Part shown: piece after piece, positions 26,082-38,300 of the stretch
How the letters are laid out: each line of letters opens with the position of its first letter
How positions within the stretch are numbered: position 1 is the stretch's first letter
Origin: a virus
Taxonomy: Duplodnaviria; Caudoviricetes
Length of the DNA stretch: 64,000 nucleotides
Reading direction: 5' to 3' (one strand)
IMG/VR virus record: IMGVR_UViG_3300013947_000022
Location: 32,001-96,000 of that record
The notes under the pieces: model-generated
Seen by the model: only the letters and a program-made list of their open reading frames with translations
Database searches by the model: none
Told to the model about the DNA's origin: nothing
Made by a program: the position numbers and the translations under genes

Positions 26082-27047
26082 ATGAGTAACAATAATTCTG
26101 ACCAGATTCGTAGACTTTAGAACGTTGTAATCCTTGAGGGTGCTCTTGCCGAGCTTGAGACTCCTCGTACTGGCGTTGGTAGTGATGGTGTTAATTACAT
26201 CTCTCTTCGTGGTGCTATTCAGTGTGGAGACTCTGCTGTTTATACTCGTTCTTTCCGCTCTTTTATTAAAGAAAAGAAGCAGAATGGTGAGGATAGCAAG
26301 GTTTATAAGGATGTAACTGAGTGGCTTAAGACTGCTACTCCTATGACCAAGGACGCTGAGAATCCCACTATGGTACGTCTACAGGGTAGCCTTTCTGATA
26401 ACGTTTACGTTAATCGTGAGGGTGTTCTTGTTGAGGGTACTGAGGTTTCTATCCAGTTCTTTAATAAGTTTGAGTCTTATAATGCTTCCCTACAGCTTGA
26501 GGGTTATATCAAGGATATTAAGCCTGAAGTTCGCGGTAAGGATGATGATGCTCACGAGACTGGTCGTTATAAGATGCACTTTATCACTCGTGACTTCTAT
26601 GGTAATACTCTTGACTTAAAGAACATTATCATTCCTGCTGAGACTTATGAGGAAATTCAGTCTATCGGTTATGATGAGGGTGCTACTGTTTCTATTAACA
26701 TCGACTGGATGCCTTCTCAGGCTGAGGAAGCCCCTAAGAAGAAGTCTGGTGGTTTTGGTAAGCAGATTGACCTTGGTTCTACCAATGGTAATTCTTATCT
26801 TGAGATGATTCTTGTTGGTGGCTCTGACCCCTATGACGAGGATTCTAAGGATGCTCTTAGTGCCAAGATTGTCCGTTCTATGATGGCAGAGCGTAATGCT
26901 CATATCAAGGAAGTCGAAAGCAAGGGTTATATGGGCAATAGTAACAAGGGTACGTCTGGTTCTTCTACAAAGTCTGGTGGCTTTGGTAAGGCTAAGACTG
27001 GTTCTTTTACTGCTGTTGAAGACGACGATAACGAAATTCCGTTTTAA
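26082..27047 (+). CDS. Single-stranded DNA-binding protein-like (321 aa)
   Basis: AAGGAG RBS, ATG 26082, single TAG at codon 13. Gly/Ser-rich linker and acidic tail EDDDNEIPF; adjacent to the Sak4-like ATPase. Confidence 0.7.
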
Positions 27048-27071
27048 GTCGTAAGAAAGGAGTAAAAGAAT

Positions 27072-29175
27072 ATGAGTATTTTTGATGTAAAACCCAATGT
27101 GGTAACTCGTGATTTAAGCGGAAAGAGCTTTCTGTTTTACGGCGAAAGAAAAAGTGGTAGCGTAAAGTTTTGCCACTCGTAAGAGTAATCTTATGAAAAA
27201 ATAAAATGCGGAATTAAGCGAGAAAACTGTAAAATGTCAACTCGAACCGAAGTTTTCCTTAAAAAAGAAAACAGGGGCAGAGCGTAGTAATTGAACCTTG
27301 AAATAAAAAATTTCAAGAATATAATATTACCAAGAGTCCGCATCACCCTAATAAACTGAGGGTTGAAAAAGTACGCCAAACTGAGTCTGAATTAACAGGC
27401 TGATGAAAATGAGCGAAAGCTCCAGAGTGTGAGATAAAAAACTCACAGATAAGAACAATGAAAACAACTAACGCTTGTAAATTCCCAAAGCATATTTTGT
27501 TAGCTTTTGAGAAAGGTTATGGACTGATTCCACGGGCAAATGGTTATCCAATTAATAGTTGGCGCGAAGCTCTTGAAGCCAAGCGCGATTTGCTAAAGGA
27601 CGCCAAGGAAGTGGAACAGGGTAAGAAAGCTGAAACTTTCTTTAAAACGGTTTAACAGAAAAATATTCTAACTGTACTGAAAATATTGAAATAAAAGGAG
27701 GGAAAGATGTAGCGTCCCAAGAAAAACTATATAAATCTTTAATTTATAATATTCCAGAGGAAATAATTCCTTCTCAATTTCTGTCTCATTTTCTTAGAGG
27801 ATTGTTTGACGGAGACGGAACTTGTTGTATTACTAAAAAGGCTCAACCTGTTTTTCGGTTTTGTTCGCGGAATCAAACTTGTTGTGAACAATTTTCTCGA
27901 TTAATAGGTGTAAATAAGAAGCCAACTTTTTCAGGCAACGTGTGGCATTTTACTGTAGAGGGAATTAATAAGGCTGTTCCTTTATTTGACTATCTTTATT
28001 AGAATAGTGCTGAAAGTATGCGTTTGCAAAGAAAATACGAAAAGTGTAAAAGTTTTCAAAAAGTACACGATGAATATTTAAATAGACCCATAAACAAGTA
28101 ATTGTTTATTGCAAAGAGCTGTGAATTGCGGGAAAACCCTTAGAGCTTTATCTACCAATAGTATTCAGAAATGAATATTTGGCGTTTCTAATTAAAACGG
28201 TATGGTAAAAACGGTAAAGATTGGGCAATCCGCAGCCAAGACTCCTTTTAAAAAGGAGTAAGGTTCAACGACTATCCATTTTGCAGATGAAATTTCTGCT
28301 ATAGGAGTAGGGCTTATTTTAAAAAATAAGTGGGTGAGAATCCCTTAAATCGAAGTGCGCTCCATCCAGTAATGGATGATGATATAGTCTATTCCCTGAC
28401 AAATATGTCGAAAGACAGGGTGTAAAAGATTGTTGATACCGCTGATATTGCTTACGATATGTGTGAGCGTTTCATCCTCGATAAAGAGGGTGTCGAATAT
28501 CTCGATGAAACTGAAAAGATGCGTGGTTATCGCGCAGTTTCTCGTGAGTTTGATAAGTTTTTCCAAGATATTGTTCGTGCAGGATATACATTAGTGTGTA
28601 TTTCTCATGCAACCAGCAAGCAAATTAAGGAAAAGGGAGAAAAGTATGATAAGACAATTCCCACTCTTCCTGACCGTGGTTTTCTTGTAATTTCTCGTTT
28701 GGTAGACGTTTGTGGTTACGCTTCTTATGAGACTGATGAAAATGGTCGTACCACGTCTATGCTTACGCTTCGTGGTAGCAAGTATCTTGAGGCTGGTTCT
28801 CGTAATAAGTATATGTCTGATTGTATTCCTTTCACTTATGACGCTCTTTGTGCAGACATGGCTCAGGCTATTGATAAGCTTGAGAAGAATGATGGCGCTG
28901 TCGTTACAGATGAGAGTAGCAATCTTTTTGTTGACAAGGATGAACGTAAAGATGTTGATTTCCCCTCTTTGGTGGAAGAAATCAAGGCATATGCCATTGC
29001 TATGCACAAGGCAGAAAAGACTTCTGAATACAATAAGATTGTGACTGAATATCTTGGCAAGGGTCGTGCGGTTAAAGACTGCGATGAGTCTCAGACTGAT
29101 ATGCTACTTTTGATTCTTGATGAGCTTCGTGATTGGGGCAAAGAAAATGGAGTAGATATTGAACGTAAAGTTTAA
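27072..29175 (+). CDS. Sak4-like AAA ATPase/recombinase (341 aa; exons 27072-27158, 27461-27652, 28429-29175)
   Basis: Splicing restores Walker A YGERKSG|KTT and Walker B FKTV|IVDTAD; also LAFEKGY, ISHA and AGSR motifs. Confidence 0.85.
27159..27460 (+). mobile_element. Group I intron (302 nt, no ORF) in Walker A of the Sak4-like gene
   Basis: Exon AGTGGT pairs with intron GCCACT (P1, U.G); terminal G at 27460; removal joins GERKSG to KTT in frame. Confidence 0.85.
27653..28428 (+). mobile_element. Group I intron (776 nt) next to Walker B of the Sak4-like gene, with degenerate LAGLIDADG ORF
   Basis: P/Q/R/S-like elements AATTGCGGGAA, AATCCGCAGC, TTCAACGACTA, GATATAGTC; terminal G at 28428; removal restores frame and the FKTV|IVDTAD motif. 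The P1 U.G pair is not obvious. Confidence 0.82.
27707..28101 (+). pseudogene. Degenerate LAGLIDADG homing endonuclease remnant
   Basis: RBS plus ATG at 27707 hits TAA after 11 codons. A different frame carries only the second half (KSLIY...HFLRGLFDGDG...YLY(TAG)NS...LQRKY). Confidence 0.65.
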
Positions 29176-29295
29176 TCTTTGAGACCTTAAATTAATTAAC
29201 ACAAGGGAGATTGGAGAAAGTAAACAAACTATATCCTTTCTCCCTTGTTTTTCCTTTTACGTTTTATAAAATTTTATAGAAATGGGGTGTTTTAT

Positions 29296-30051
29296 ATCGG
29301 TAGAAAGCCAAATAGAGTTTTTACTTGTGCTCGGTGCGGACTTTAGTATCCATCTGAATTAAAAATTACAGTTGCGAACAAAAATTATTGTCCAAGTTGT
29401 GGCACTATTCGCCGTCAAAGAGCAGAAGATTATAAAAATCTATTCAATTATATCTTTTTTACAATGGGCTACGATGGTGTCTTAGACCCCAAAAAAATGT
29501 CTGTTCCCGTAAGTATTCTTAAAAAAGGGTATCATATGGATGCTTCTAAGGTTCTTTGGACTCTTAAATATATTAATGAGTATGAAAAGAATAAACCTCG
29601 AAGAATGCAGACAGAGATGGATTTAATTAAACTGGTAACTTCTTACTATCTTCAAGCTAAATTCTTTTGGGCAACCTGTGAAGAATTAGACCAAAGTTCA
29701 ACCCAAGAAAAAATTGATGAAAGTTTAGACCATCCAATTCATCAGATTGTAATTAATCGTTCTGACCTCGAAAAAGCTCGTCTTGCAGATGAAGAAAAAC
29801 GTGCTATTCGAGAACATCGTATAATTCCAGAAGATTATGACGGTGATATTGACGATTTAGATTTTGATTCATTGGTTTGGGATGCAGATTATGACCGAGA
29901 AGTGTTACAGCATCGTAAAGAACTTTGGGAAGCCGAGAAAGCGAAAGAAGAGGAGGAATTTTATTTTACTGATGAAATTCTACCAGAAGACCTCAATGAA
30001 GAGGATTTATTACTTTATAAAGGAGAGACAGATTCGTGGCAAATAAAATAA
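29296..30051 (+). CDS. Zn-finger replication protein (possible helicase loader/initiator), probable ATC start
   Basis: GGGGTG RBS then ATC GGT AGA. CxxC...CPSC N-terminus, TAG at codon 17, in frame with track ORF 29464; overlaps the dnaB start. Confidence 0.6.
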
Positions 30052-31937
30052 GTTATGACCAAGATGATTATAATTCTCGCATTGCTGCTCTTGAAGTAAT
30101 TGGCTGTATTATTTAGAAGCCTGATTTACTGGCAGGTCACAGACTTGAAAAAACAGATTTTACGAATCTTGTTGCTCAAGCTGTTTTAACTGCGGTAAAA
30201 TACTTGTGGGCAAAAAGAGTAGAGTTCATTGATATTAATATTATCAACGAATGTCTCTCCAAAAACTATCCTACTTTTTATCGTATTTATCAAAGAAGTC
30301 AGGGAGATAATTTCGTAGGTCAGGCAGTTACTAAATGCCATCCTATGAATTTTGAAGCTAACTATAATGAACTCAGAAAATTTTCTTTGCTTCGTTCTTT
30401 GATGAATCAGGGCATTGACGTAACAGACATTTATGACCCGAACGAGTTTGATGATGAAGAGGGAGATAACAAGAAGAAAGAGTTCGTTAAAATGACAACG
30501 GATGATATTCTTCTAAAAATCCGTCAGAAATTGATGAGTACTACACTTGATTATTCGGCTAAAGCTGGTCGAGATAGTGTTAAAGCTGGTGGTACAGAGT
30601 TGCAAGAGTTTGTTGAAAGTCGTAAAAATGGTGGTAGTTATGGCTTAAGTTATTCCAGCAATTTTTACACTACTATCACAGGCGGTATGAAGCCAAGACA
30701 TTTTAATATGATTTCGGCATCCACAGGTAGCGGGAAATCAAGGGTTAGTATTTCGAACATTTGTCATACTTTCGCAGTAGAATATTATGATAATAAGTTA
30801 AAGAAATTTGTTTCTAATCCTCATGGTACTCAAAACGCAGTTCTTTATATTGGCACTGAGATGGAACTTGTGGATGAAGTTGAGCCTATTATGTTGGCTT
30901 ATATTGCAGATGTTCCACAAGACCATATCATGGACTATGATTATGCTGATGGAGAATATGAACGAGTTCTTCATGCTATTGATGTTCTGAACAGAAGTCA
31001 AATTTATCTTGAGTATGTCCCTGATTACGATATTTCTACTCTTGAACAAACCATTGAAAAGTATGTTCTTCAGAAGAATGTAAGACACGTTTATTTCGAT
31101 TATATTCATATTACAACAGATTTGATTGCAGAATTTCAGGGAGAAGCTAAGGCTAAAATGCAACTTCGTGAAGACCAAGTTCTATCTAATGTAGGTACGA
31201 AATTAAAAGAACTTACTCGTAAATATGATATAAGTCTTGATACTTGGACTCAAGTTTCAGGAGACTGGAAAAATGAGAATAATCGTGACCAAACTATTAT
31301 TCGTGGAGCAAAATCTTTGTCTGATAAAGTAGACTGTGGTAGTATCATGATGCGTCCTACTACAGCAGAACTTAAAAAGATTGACCCAATTTTAAAGAAC
31401 CGTTTTGGAGGGAAAAAACCCAATCTTTATATTGCTACTTATAAAAACCGAGGCGGTAAATTCGTAAATGTCAAAGTTTGGTTGTATGTAGATTATTCTA
31501 CCATGCGTGTATCTGATTTGTTTTGCACCGATTATGATAACAAATTAATTGATAAAGGCTATTTGCCCGAAACATTTGTTTCAGTCAACGAAGATGGCAT
31601 AGTTAATTATAGTAGGCATAAAGAAGATGTTCCTGTTGGGGCAGGAATCTCTGCGGAACATACTACAAATGGTGATACTACAAAATTAATGAAGCCAACT
31701 AAATATGAAGCAATTTATTCCGATGAAACTGGTGGAGACGACCCAGCAGAAAAAGCAATTAAAGAAGCTATGGAAACGGGCGAAGTGACATCGGTTGTAA
31801 GTAAAAAGTTACAAAATAGGCTTGACCTTGAAAAAGAAAATGAAGAAAATATGTATTCTACTAAAGTAACCAGAGAAGATTTTGATGCTGATGGTTGGCC
31901 AGTAGATAAGTTTAATGAAATTGAGGAAGAAGAATAA
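30036..31937 (+). CDS. dnaB: Replicative DNA helicase, DnaB-like
   Basis: AAGGAG RBS, GTG 30036, one TAG at codon 27; ASTGSGKS Walker A, YFDYI Walker B, TQ and KNRGG motifs. Confidence 0.85.
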
Positions 31938-31961
31938 TATTCTCCTCTTTGGTTGATAACT

Positions 31962-33146
31962 ATGATTGATAAAGACGAACTATTACAACGAATAACACCT
32001 GAAATTGTGATTGAAATAATGGACGAAAATGGAGCTCCTTTAAATCATACAAGTCGAGATGGTTCAACAGGGCAAAAACTCCTTTGGTTTAAAACTATCT
32101 GTCATGGGGGCTCTAAACCAAAACTTTGTTATTTTACACAATCTAAAAATTTTTTCTGCTATACTTCTTGCGGAGTAATGAGCTTTTTTGAGTGTATTAA
32201 AAGAATTAGAAACGTAAGAGATTCTGATTTTTATAAGGGCGTAATCCTTTATGTCGCTGAAAAAATAGGAATGAAGCCAACTCAAGAAAAGGGTTTCGGA
32301 ACTTATCGAAAAGATGATAGAGATGATATGCGCACCCTTGAAGATGGTGTAAGTATTTCTGGGTGGAATGACTACTGCGAGAAATTAAAAAAACAAAACG
32401 AAGAAATTAACAATAAAATAATTTCAGACGAAACAATTTTAGACTATTTTGAAAATAAGGTATATGAGGGCTGGTTAAAAGAGGGTATTTCTGAGAAGTC
32501 CATGAAAAAATATGGGATTAAATGGTATGAATATCAGAAACATATTATTATCCCTCACCGTAATAAAGATGGACAGTTAATTGGTATTCGTCGCAGAAGT
32601 TTAAAGCCAGAAGACAGAAATAATAAATATATGCCTGAATTTATTGAGGGTAAAGATTATGGACATTCTTTGGGGCTAAATCTTTATGGTTTATATGAAA
32701 ACAGAGCTGCAATAGAAGACAGGGGTAAGGCTATTATTGTCGAGGGAGAAAAAAGTGTTTTGCTTTCAGACACTTATTTTGGTAAGAACAGCATTGCTGT
32801 AGCTACTTGTGGTTTTTCTGTTTCAAATAAACAGGCAAATCTTTTAGGAGACCTTGGCGTAAGACAAGTTTATCTTGGTTTTGATAAAGATTTCGATGAG
32901 TTTAATAAAGATGCTGTTATGAAATATAATAGTAATCCTTCTACCAAACGAGACTTTGAGATGTATAAAAACAAAATTAATTCTATTGCTTCTAAATTAG
33001 CAGGAATGGGATTTGCTGTTTATATTATCAAAGATAAAGAGGGAAAGTTAAAACTTAAAGATTCGCCTTTTGATGAAGGTAAAGAAACTTTTCAAAAGTT
33101 ATTTGCAAATGCAGAAAAGTTTGACCAGAAAAAATTGAAATGGTAA
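31962..33146 (+). CDS. dnaG: DNA primase, DnaG-like
   Basis: N-terminal CH...CYTSCG Zn-binding region; IIIPH...GIRRR, KYMP, LYGL; TOPRIM IIVEGEKS and LGFDKD. Confidence 0.85.
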   Translation: MIDKDELLQRITPEIVIEIMDENGAPLNHTSRDGSTGQKLLWFKTICHGGSKPKLCYFTQSKNFFCYTSCGVMSFFECIKRIRNVRDSDFYKGVILYVAEKIGMKPTQEKGFGTYRKDDRDDMRTLEDGVSISGWNDYCEKLKKQNEEINNKIISDETILDYFENKVYEGWLKEGISEKSMKKYGIKWYEYQKHIIIPHRNKDGQLIGIRRRSLKPEDRNNKYMPEFIEGKDYGHSLGLNLYGLYENRAAIEDRGKAIIVEGEKSVLLSDTYFGKNSIAVATCGFSVSNKQANLLGDLGVRQVYLGFDKDFDEFNKDAVMKYNSNPSTKRDFEMYKNKINSIASKLAGMGFAVYIIKDKEGKLKLKDSPFDEGKETFQKLFANAEKFDQKKLKW

Positions 33147-33177
33147 AGGTGATAATTATGTAGACGAGGAAAAATAA

Positions 33178-35229
33178 ATGAAAAAATTACAATGGAAAAC
33201 AAAATTTAATACTTAGTTTAAAGAGGAAGTAGACTTTTTAGATACTCTTCTTGAAAGCTATGGTATTACAGACGTAAAAAGTTTTGTCCATCCTGTTAGA
33301 AGTAAGTCTTTAAATGACCCATTTCTAATGAAGAATATGGATACAGCTATAGAGTTAGTTCATGACAAGCTAAAAGAAGATTGTAAAATTTTAATTTATG
33401 TGGATGGGGACTGTGACGGAGCAATGGCCTCTTCTGCTTTAACTCAGTTTCTTAAATTTGTTAAGCCAGATGTGGAACTGGATTACACTTATGCATTCCA
33501 AAAAGACCACGGACTTACTATGGCTAAATTGGCTAAGTTCACCAAAGACGAATTTGGGTTAATTATTATTCCAGATGCGTCAATGGAAGCTAAGGATGCT
33601 ATTGAAATTACTCGCAATTTTACTGCTCCCATTTTAGTTCTCGACCACCATTTAGTTTCATCAGAGACTCAAGATACTTGGACTGGTGAATGGATGGACA
33701 GAGAAAAAGCAATAAGTATTTATAAAGAAAATCCGACAGAATATAAAACTCGTTTTAAGACAGATTGCTATACTAATTATTGTTTGCCTGTAAATAGTAC
33801 AGATGGAGAATATCCTTGTACTGCAATTTGTGGTGCAGGTGTTGTGATGAAATTTGCGGAAGCTTATTGCGAAAAATATAATATTGACACAGAAATTCTG
33901 GATAATATTATGGAACTTGTTTCTTTGGCTGAGATTGCGGACGGCATGGATAGTGTTCAGTCAGAAGCGAGATGGTATATGCTTGAGGGGCTTAAAGAGT
34001 TCTATTGGCACAATGATTTCATCAAAGAACTTTGTGATAGACTTGCCGATGAAATGCCTTATGGTCGTACAATTAGTTCTATGGGCTGGACTATTGCGCC
34101 TAAAATAAATGGTGTCTTTAGATATGGCACAGAAGATGAAATTATAAATATGTGCCGTGCTATTCGTGGAGAACAAGAAACAATTATTTATAAACCTCGA
34201 CGTAAAAGCAAGAATGACCCTGTTCCAGAACCAGAAGAACACACTCTTCAGTGGGATATGGCGAGAACCTGTTGCAATGTGAAAAGTAGACAAGATACCG
34301 CTGTACGCTCTTTCATGGAGAAAGTAGAGGAGATTATCAAGAAGACAGAGGCAAATAAAAACACGATTTTATTTGTCGATTGTAGTAGCGTAATTGATAA
34401 GAAAACTGTTACGGGACTTGTGGCCAACAAGCTTGCTTCTAAGTATTATCGTCCTGTCGTACTGTTGAGGGCTTTTAGTCCCACAGAATTTGGCGGGTCT
34501 TGTCGTAATTATAGTCAATGTGAAATTAAAAATTTGCGCGATTTTTTACGGCAATGCGGTATTACTGTAAAGGGACATGATAATGCGGGTGGCGTGTTTG
34601 CCGATAAAGATAAAATTCCAGATGCAATCAAAAAAGCAAACGAACTGTTTCCTCCCGAAAAACTCGCTGTGGTGCATCCTGTCGATTGGGAGCTTCCTTT
34701 GTCCGACCTTAAGAAAGAATATATCTCGGAAGTGGCAGACAACTATGCAATTTGGGGCAATTCCGTCCCTTCTCCTACTTTTGCTATTACTGGTATCCGA
34801 GTAAATGCAAGTCAGATTACTCGGTCTGGTCCTAACGGAGCAAAAACTTTCATTCGTTTTAAGGCTAATAATATTTCTTTTGTTAAGAAGTATTGTGCTT
34901 CTGGTGAATTTGACACTATGACGATGAAAGACAGAGTTGGGTTTGGTGTCAGTAAAAAGAATCTTTTGATGAATGTTATTGGCGAATTTCAATATGAAAA
35001 ATATGAGGATAAAAATTATCCTGTTGTGAAGATTCTTTATTACGATGTAGAAGAAGACCTTGAAGCTAATGAAGCTGATAAGCAAAAAATGGCTGGCGGA
35101 GATTGGTCTGAGATTGAGGAATCTACATCTAAAAATAAAAAGGTTGTTGCAAAAAATGCAACGCCTGTTGCGCAAAAGGAAGAAAAGAAAATTGATGCTG
35201 ATGAGTATCGGGACGATTTCTATTTCTAA
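33178..35229 (+). CDS. recJ: RecJ-like DHH ssDNA exonuclease
   Basis: ATG 33178, TAG at codon 13; DPFLMKNM, DGDCDG, LDHH, CGAGV, GGSCR, GHDNAGG motifs. Confidence 0.85.
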
Positions 35230-35293
35230 AAAGATTTTAAAGTTTTGAACTTTTGAACTATATATAGGGAAACTTTCTCATAGGAAGTTTCCC

Positions 35294-35322
35294 TTGACAG
35301 ATATATTTGGACGTGATATAAT
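35294..35322 (+). promoter_or_regulatory. SigmaA-type promoter upstream of dnaE
   Basis: TTGACA-17-TATAAT with extended -10 TG; hairpin 35267-35293 immediately upstream. Confidence 0.75.
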
Positions 35323-35345
35323 ATAGACAAATTTATGAGAAAGGA

Positions 35346-38300
35346 GTGAAGCCATTGGAATTTTATGAGAAGTTTCTAAAAGAAAAGTCTGATAACTTGG
35401 CTCAGATGTTACCTTTCTTTTCTACTCATAATCATACTGAAATTAGCAATTTCCGTTTGAGAGATTGTATTATTAAGCTTGATGAACTTATTAATCGAGC
35501 TGTTGAATTAGGCTACAATGGGATTTGTTGTACAGACCATGAAGCTTTATCAGGTCATGTTCGTTTAATCAAGCGTTACAAAGATTTGAAAAAATGGCGT
35601 AGTATTCTTGATAAGTATGAGACATGGGAAGAATTAGAACAAAAAGAAGATAAAGACGATGTAAAGAAAATAAAAAAGAATATGAAATGGCTTGAAAAAT
35701 TTAGCTCAGATTTCAAGCTGGGATTGGGGAATGAGATTTATCTTATTGACAGACCAGAAGAAGCGGAGAAAATAGTTAAATTTTACCATTTTATTCTTAT
35801 TGCTAAAGATGCTAAAGGTTATGAACAGCTTCGTAGAATTTCTTCTTCTGCTTGGGAACATTGGTTTAAACAGGGAAGAATGGAAAGAGTTCCTACATAT
35901 AAGGATGAACTTGAAGCTATCATTGGTGATGAAAAGGGACATATTATAGCGCAGTCAGCTTGTTTTAGAAAAGGAGCTTTAGTTACTACTTTACATGGGC
36001 AAAAGCCTATAGAAACTATTACAAATGAAGATTATGTGTTAAATAAATATGGAAAATATGAAAAAGTAAATTTCCCTACACATCGTTTTTATAACGGGAA
36101 TGGATTCGAAATTAAAGTAAAGGGTGTAGGAGATACATTAATTTGTACAGAGAACCATAAATTTTTAACAATAACAAATAATAAGGCTCAATATTATTTT
36201 AAAAATCTTTCTGAGGATAATTTAACATGGATTGAAGCAAAAGACTTGTGTGCAATTTATGGTAGTTCAAAACATCAACTGTTATTACCTGTATCAAAGC
36301 AATATCTTTCTGATAAAAAAGTTATAATAAAAGAAGAATGGGATAATATAGCATTAAAAGAAACAAAAATGTCTCATCGTGTAACGCTTTTGCCTAAAAC
36401 TATAACTATTACACCAGAAATGATGCGATTTTTTGGGCTCTTTCTTGGAGATGGTTGGATTAATAAATTATCAGCAAAAACTCATCGAGTCGGAATAGCT
36501 TTTAGCGAAAAAGAATTTGATTATTATTATTCGTTTGTAAAAACTTTAGAAAGTAGTTTAAATATTAAATGGTCAATTAACTATAGAAAAGACCAGCATA
36601 AATATGAAATAAGTTCTCAGTCAAGTGATTTTTATAATTTTATGTATTATCTTTTTGGAGAGTGTGATGCATATAATAAAAAAATCCCCAATAGAATAAA
36701 AAATATTTCACCAGAATATGATAGAGAGTTATTGTTCGGATATTTATTAGCAGATGGGTATTTTAGAATACGAGAAGCTAAAAAAATTAATGTTAATCAT
36801 TCAAAAGAACAAAAAGATTTTCCTGAGACTGGTGAATGGGTAAGTGCTTCGGTATCAAAACAATTAACTCAAGATATGTTTGAATTAGCAACAAGCTTAC
36901 TAATCCCGTGCAATATCACAATTGCTCCTGAAAGAGTAGATGGTAAAGGAACACATCATTGTGAAGCTTATTATTTGCGAGGGACTGGAAAAGTAATGCG
37001 GGGAATTAAAAAAATGCGTTTTTATTCCCATGAAGATGTAAATACTTTATTGTTAGCTGCTATTGATAAAAAGAGATTTATTAATGTTAATAATATTTGG
37101 TACAAAAAAATGTACATTCATTCTATCAAACAAATAAATATGAATGAAATTGTATATTGTTTAAATAATAATTCTCATTCTTTTGTGTGTAATAATGTAA
37201 TAGTTCATAATTGTTTGGGGTCAGAATTAGACAATTTAATTTTACGCTATCTTGAGACAAATGATATTGCCTATAAAAAGCAAATTCATCATTTTATTCA
37301 ATGGTGTATAAAAGTTTTTGGCAAAGAAAATTTCTTTCTTGAAATTCAGCCTTGCGTAATTAAACAAGATGAAGACGGGAATAATTTGCCACATGAGCAA
37401 GCAATGGTTGACCAATTTATGTATGTCTTGGCTGATGCTTATGGGCTTGATGTAGTTTGTTCTACAGATAGTCATTATGGGGCTAAAGAAGATGCAAAAA
37501 TTCACGAAGCTTATTTGAAAGCTGATGATGATGAAAAGGCTTCTGACCGAGAAGTGGCTGCTTTTTATGAGACTGCTTATATGTTTGGTAAGTCTGAGTT
37601 AGTAGAAACTTTATCTGCTTTTCTTACTGAGGAACAAATTTCCAGAGCTTTGAATGGAACAAAAAAGGTGTATGATATGATTGAAACATATGACCTTTAT
37701 CATCCGACAATTGTTCCTACAGATAAAAAGCTTCCTCCATTTAAGTTGCGCCACATATTTAAAGATTGGTATGATAAATATGAATACATAAGCAAATTTG
37801 CGCATTCTGATGATATTCAAGACCAATATTTACTTTATTTGGTAGAACAGGGATTTGACCATCATAATCAATGGGGAGATTCAACTTATCATTTTGCCAC
37901 TTATGATGAAAACGGAAATATTATTGAAGAGCATGATAAGACAGTAACTCAAGAAGAAAAGATAGCTCGTATCAATGAAGAATTTAGTAGTTTTTGGCAA
38001 ATTTCTGAAAGATTAAATCAAAAGCTTTCAGCATATTATGTACTTGTTAGAGGATTAGTGCATGAAGTTATGTGGAAAGTTTCTTTTGTTGGTGTTGCGC
38101 GTGGTTCAGCAGGAGGTAGTTATGTATGCTATCTTTCTGAAATTACACAAATTAATCCTCTAAAATATGACTTGCCTTTTTGGAGACATAGTTCTCCATT
38201 AAGACCTGAGTTGCCAGATTAAATTCATTAGTCGAGAACAGCAGTAATGTTGTTTGTTAAGTCCTGTAAACCTAAATTGCAATAGGGTGTGCAGAAATGT

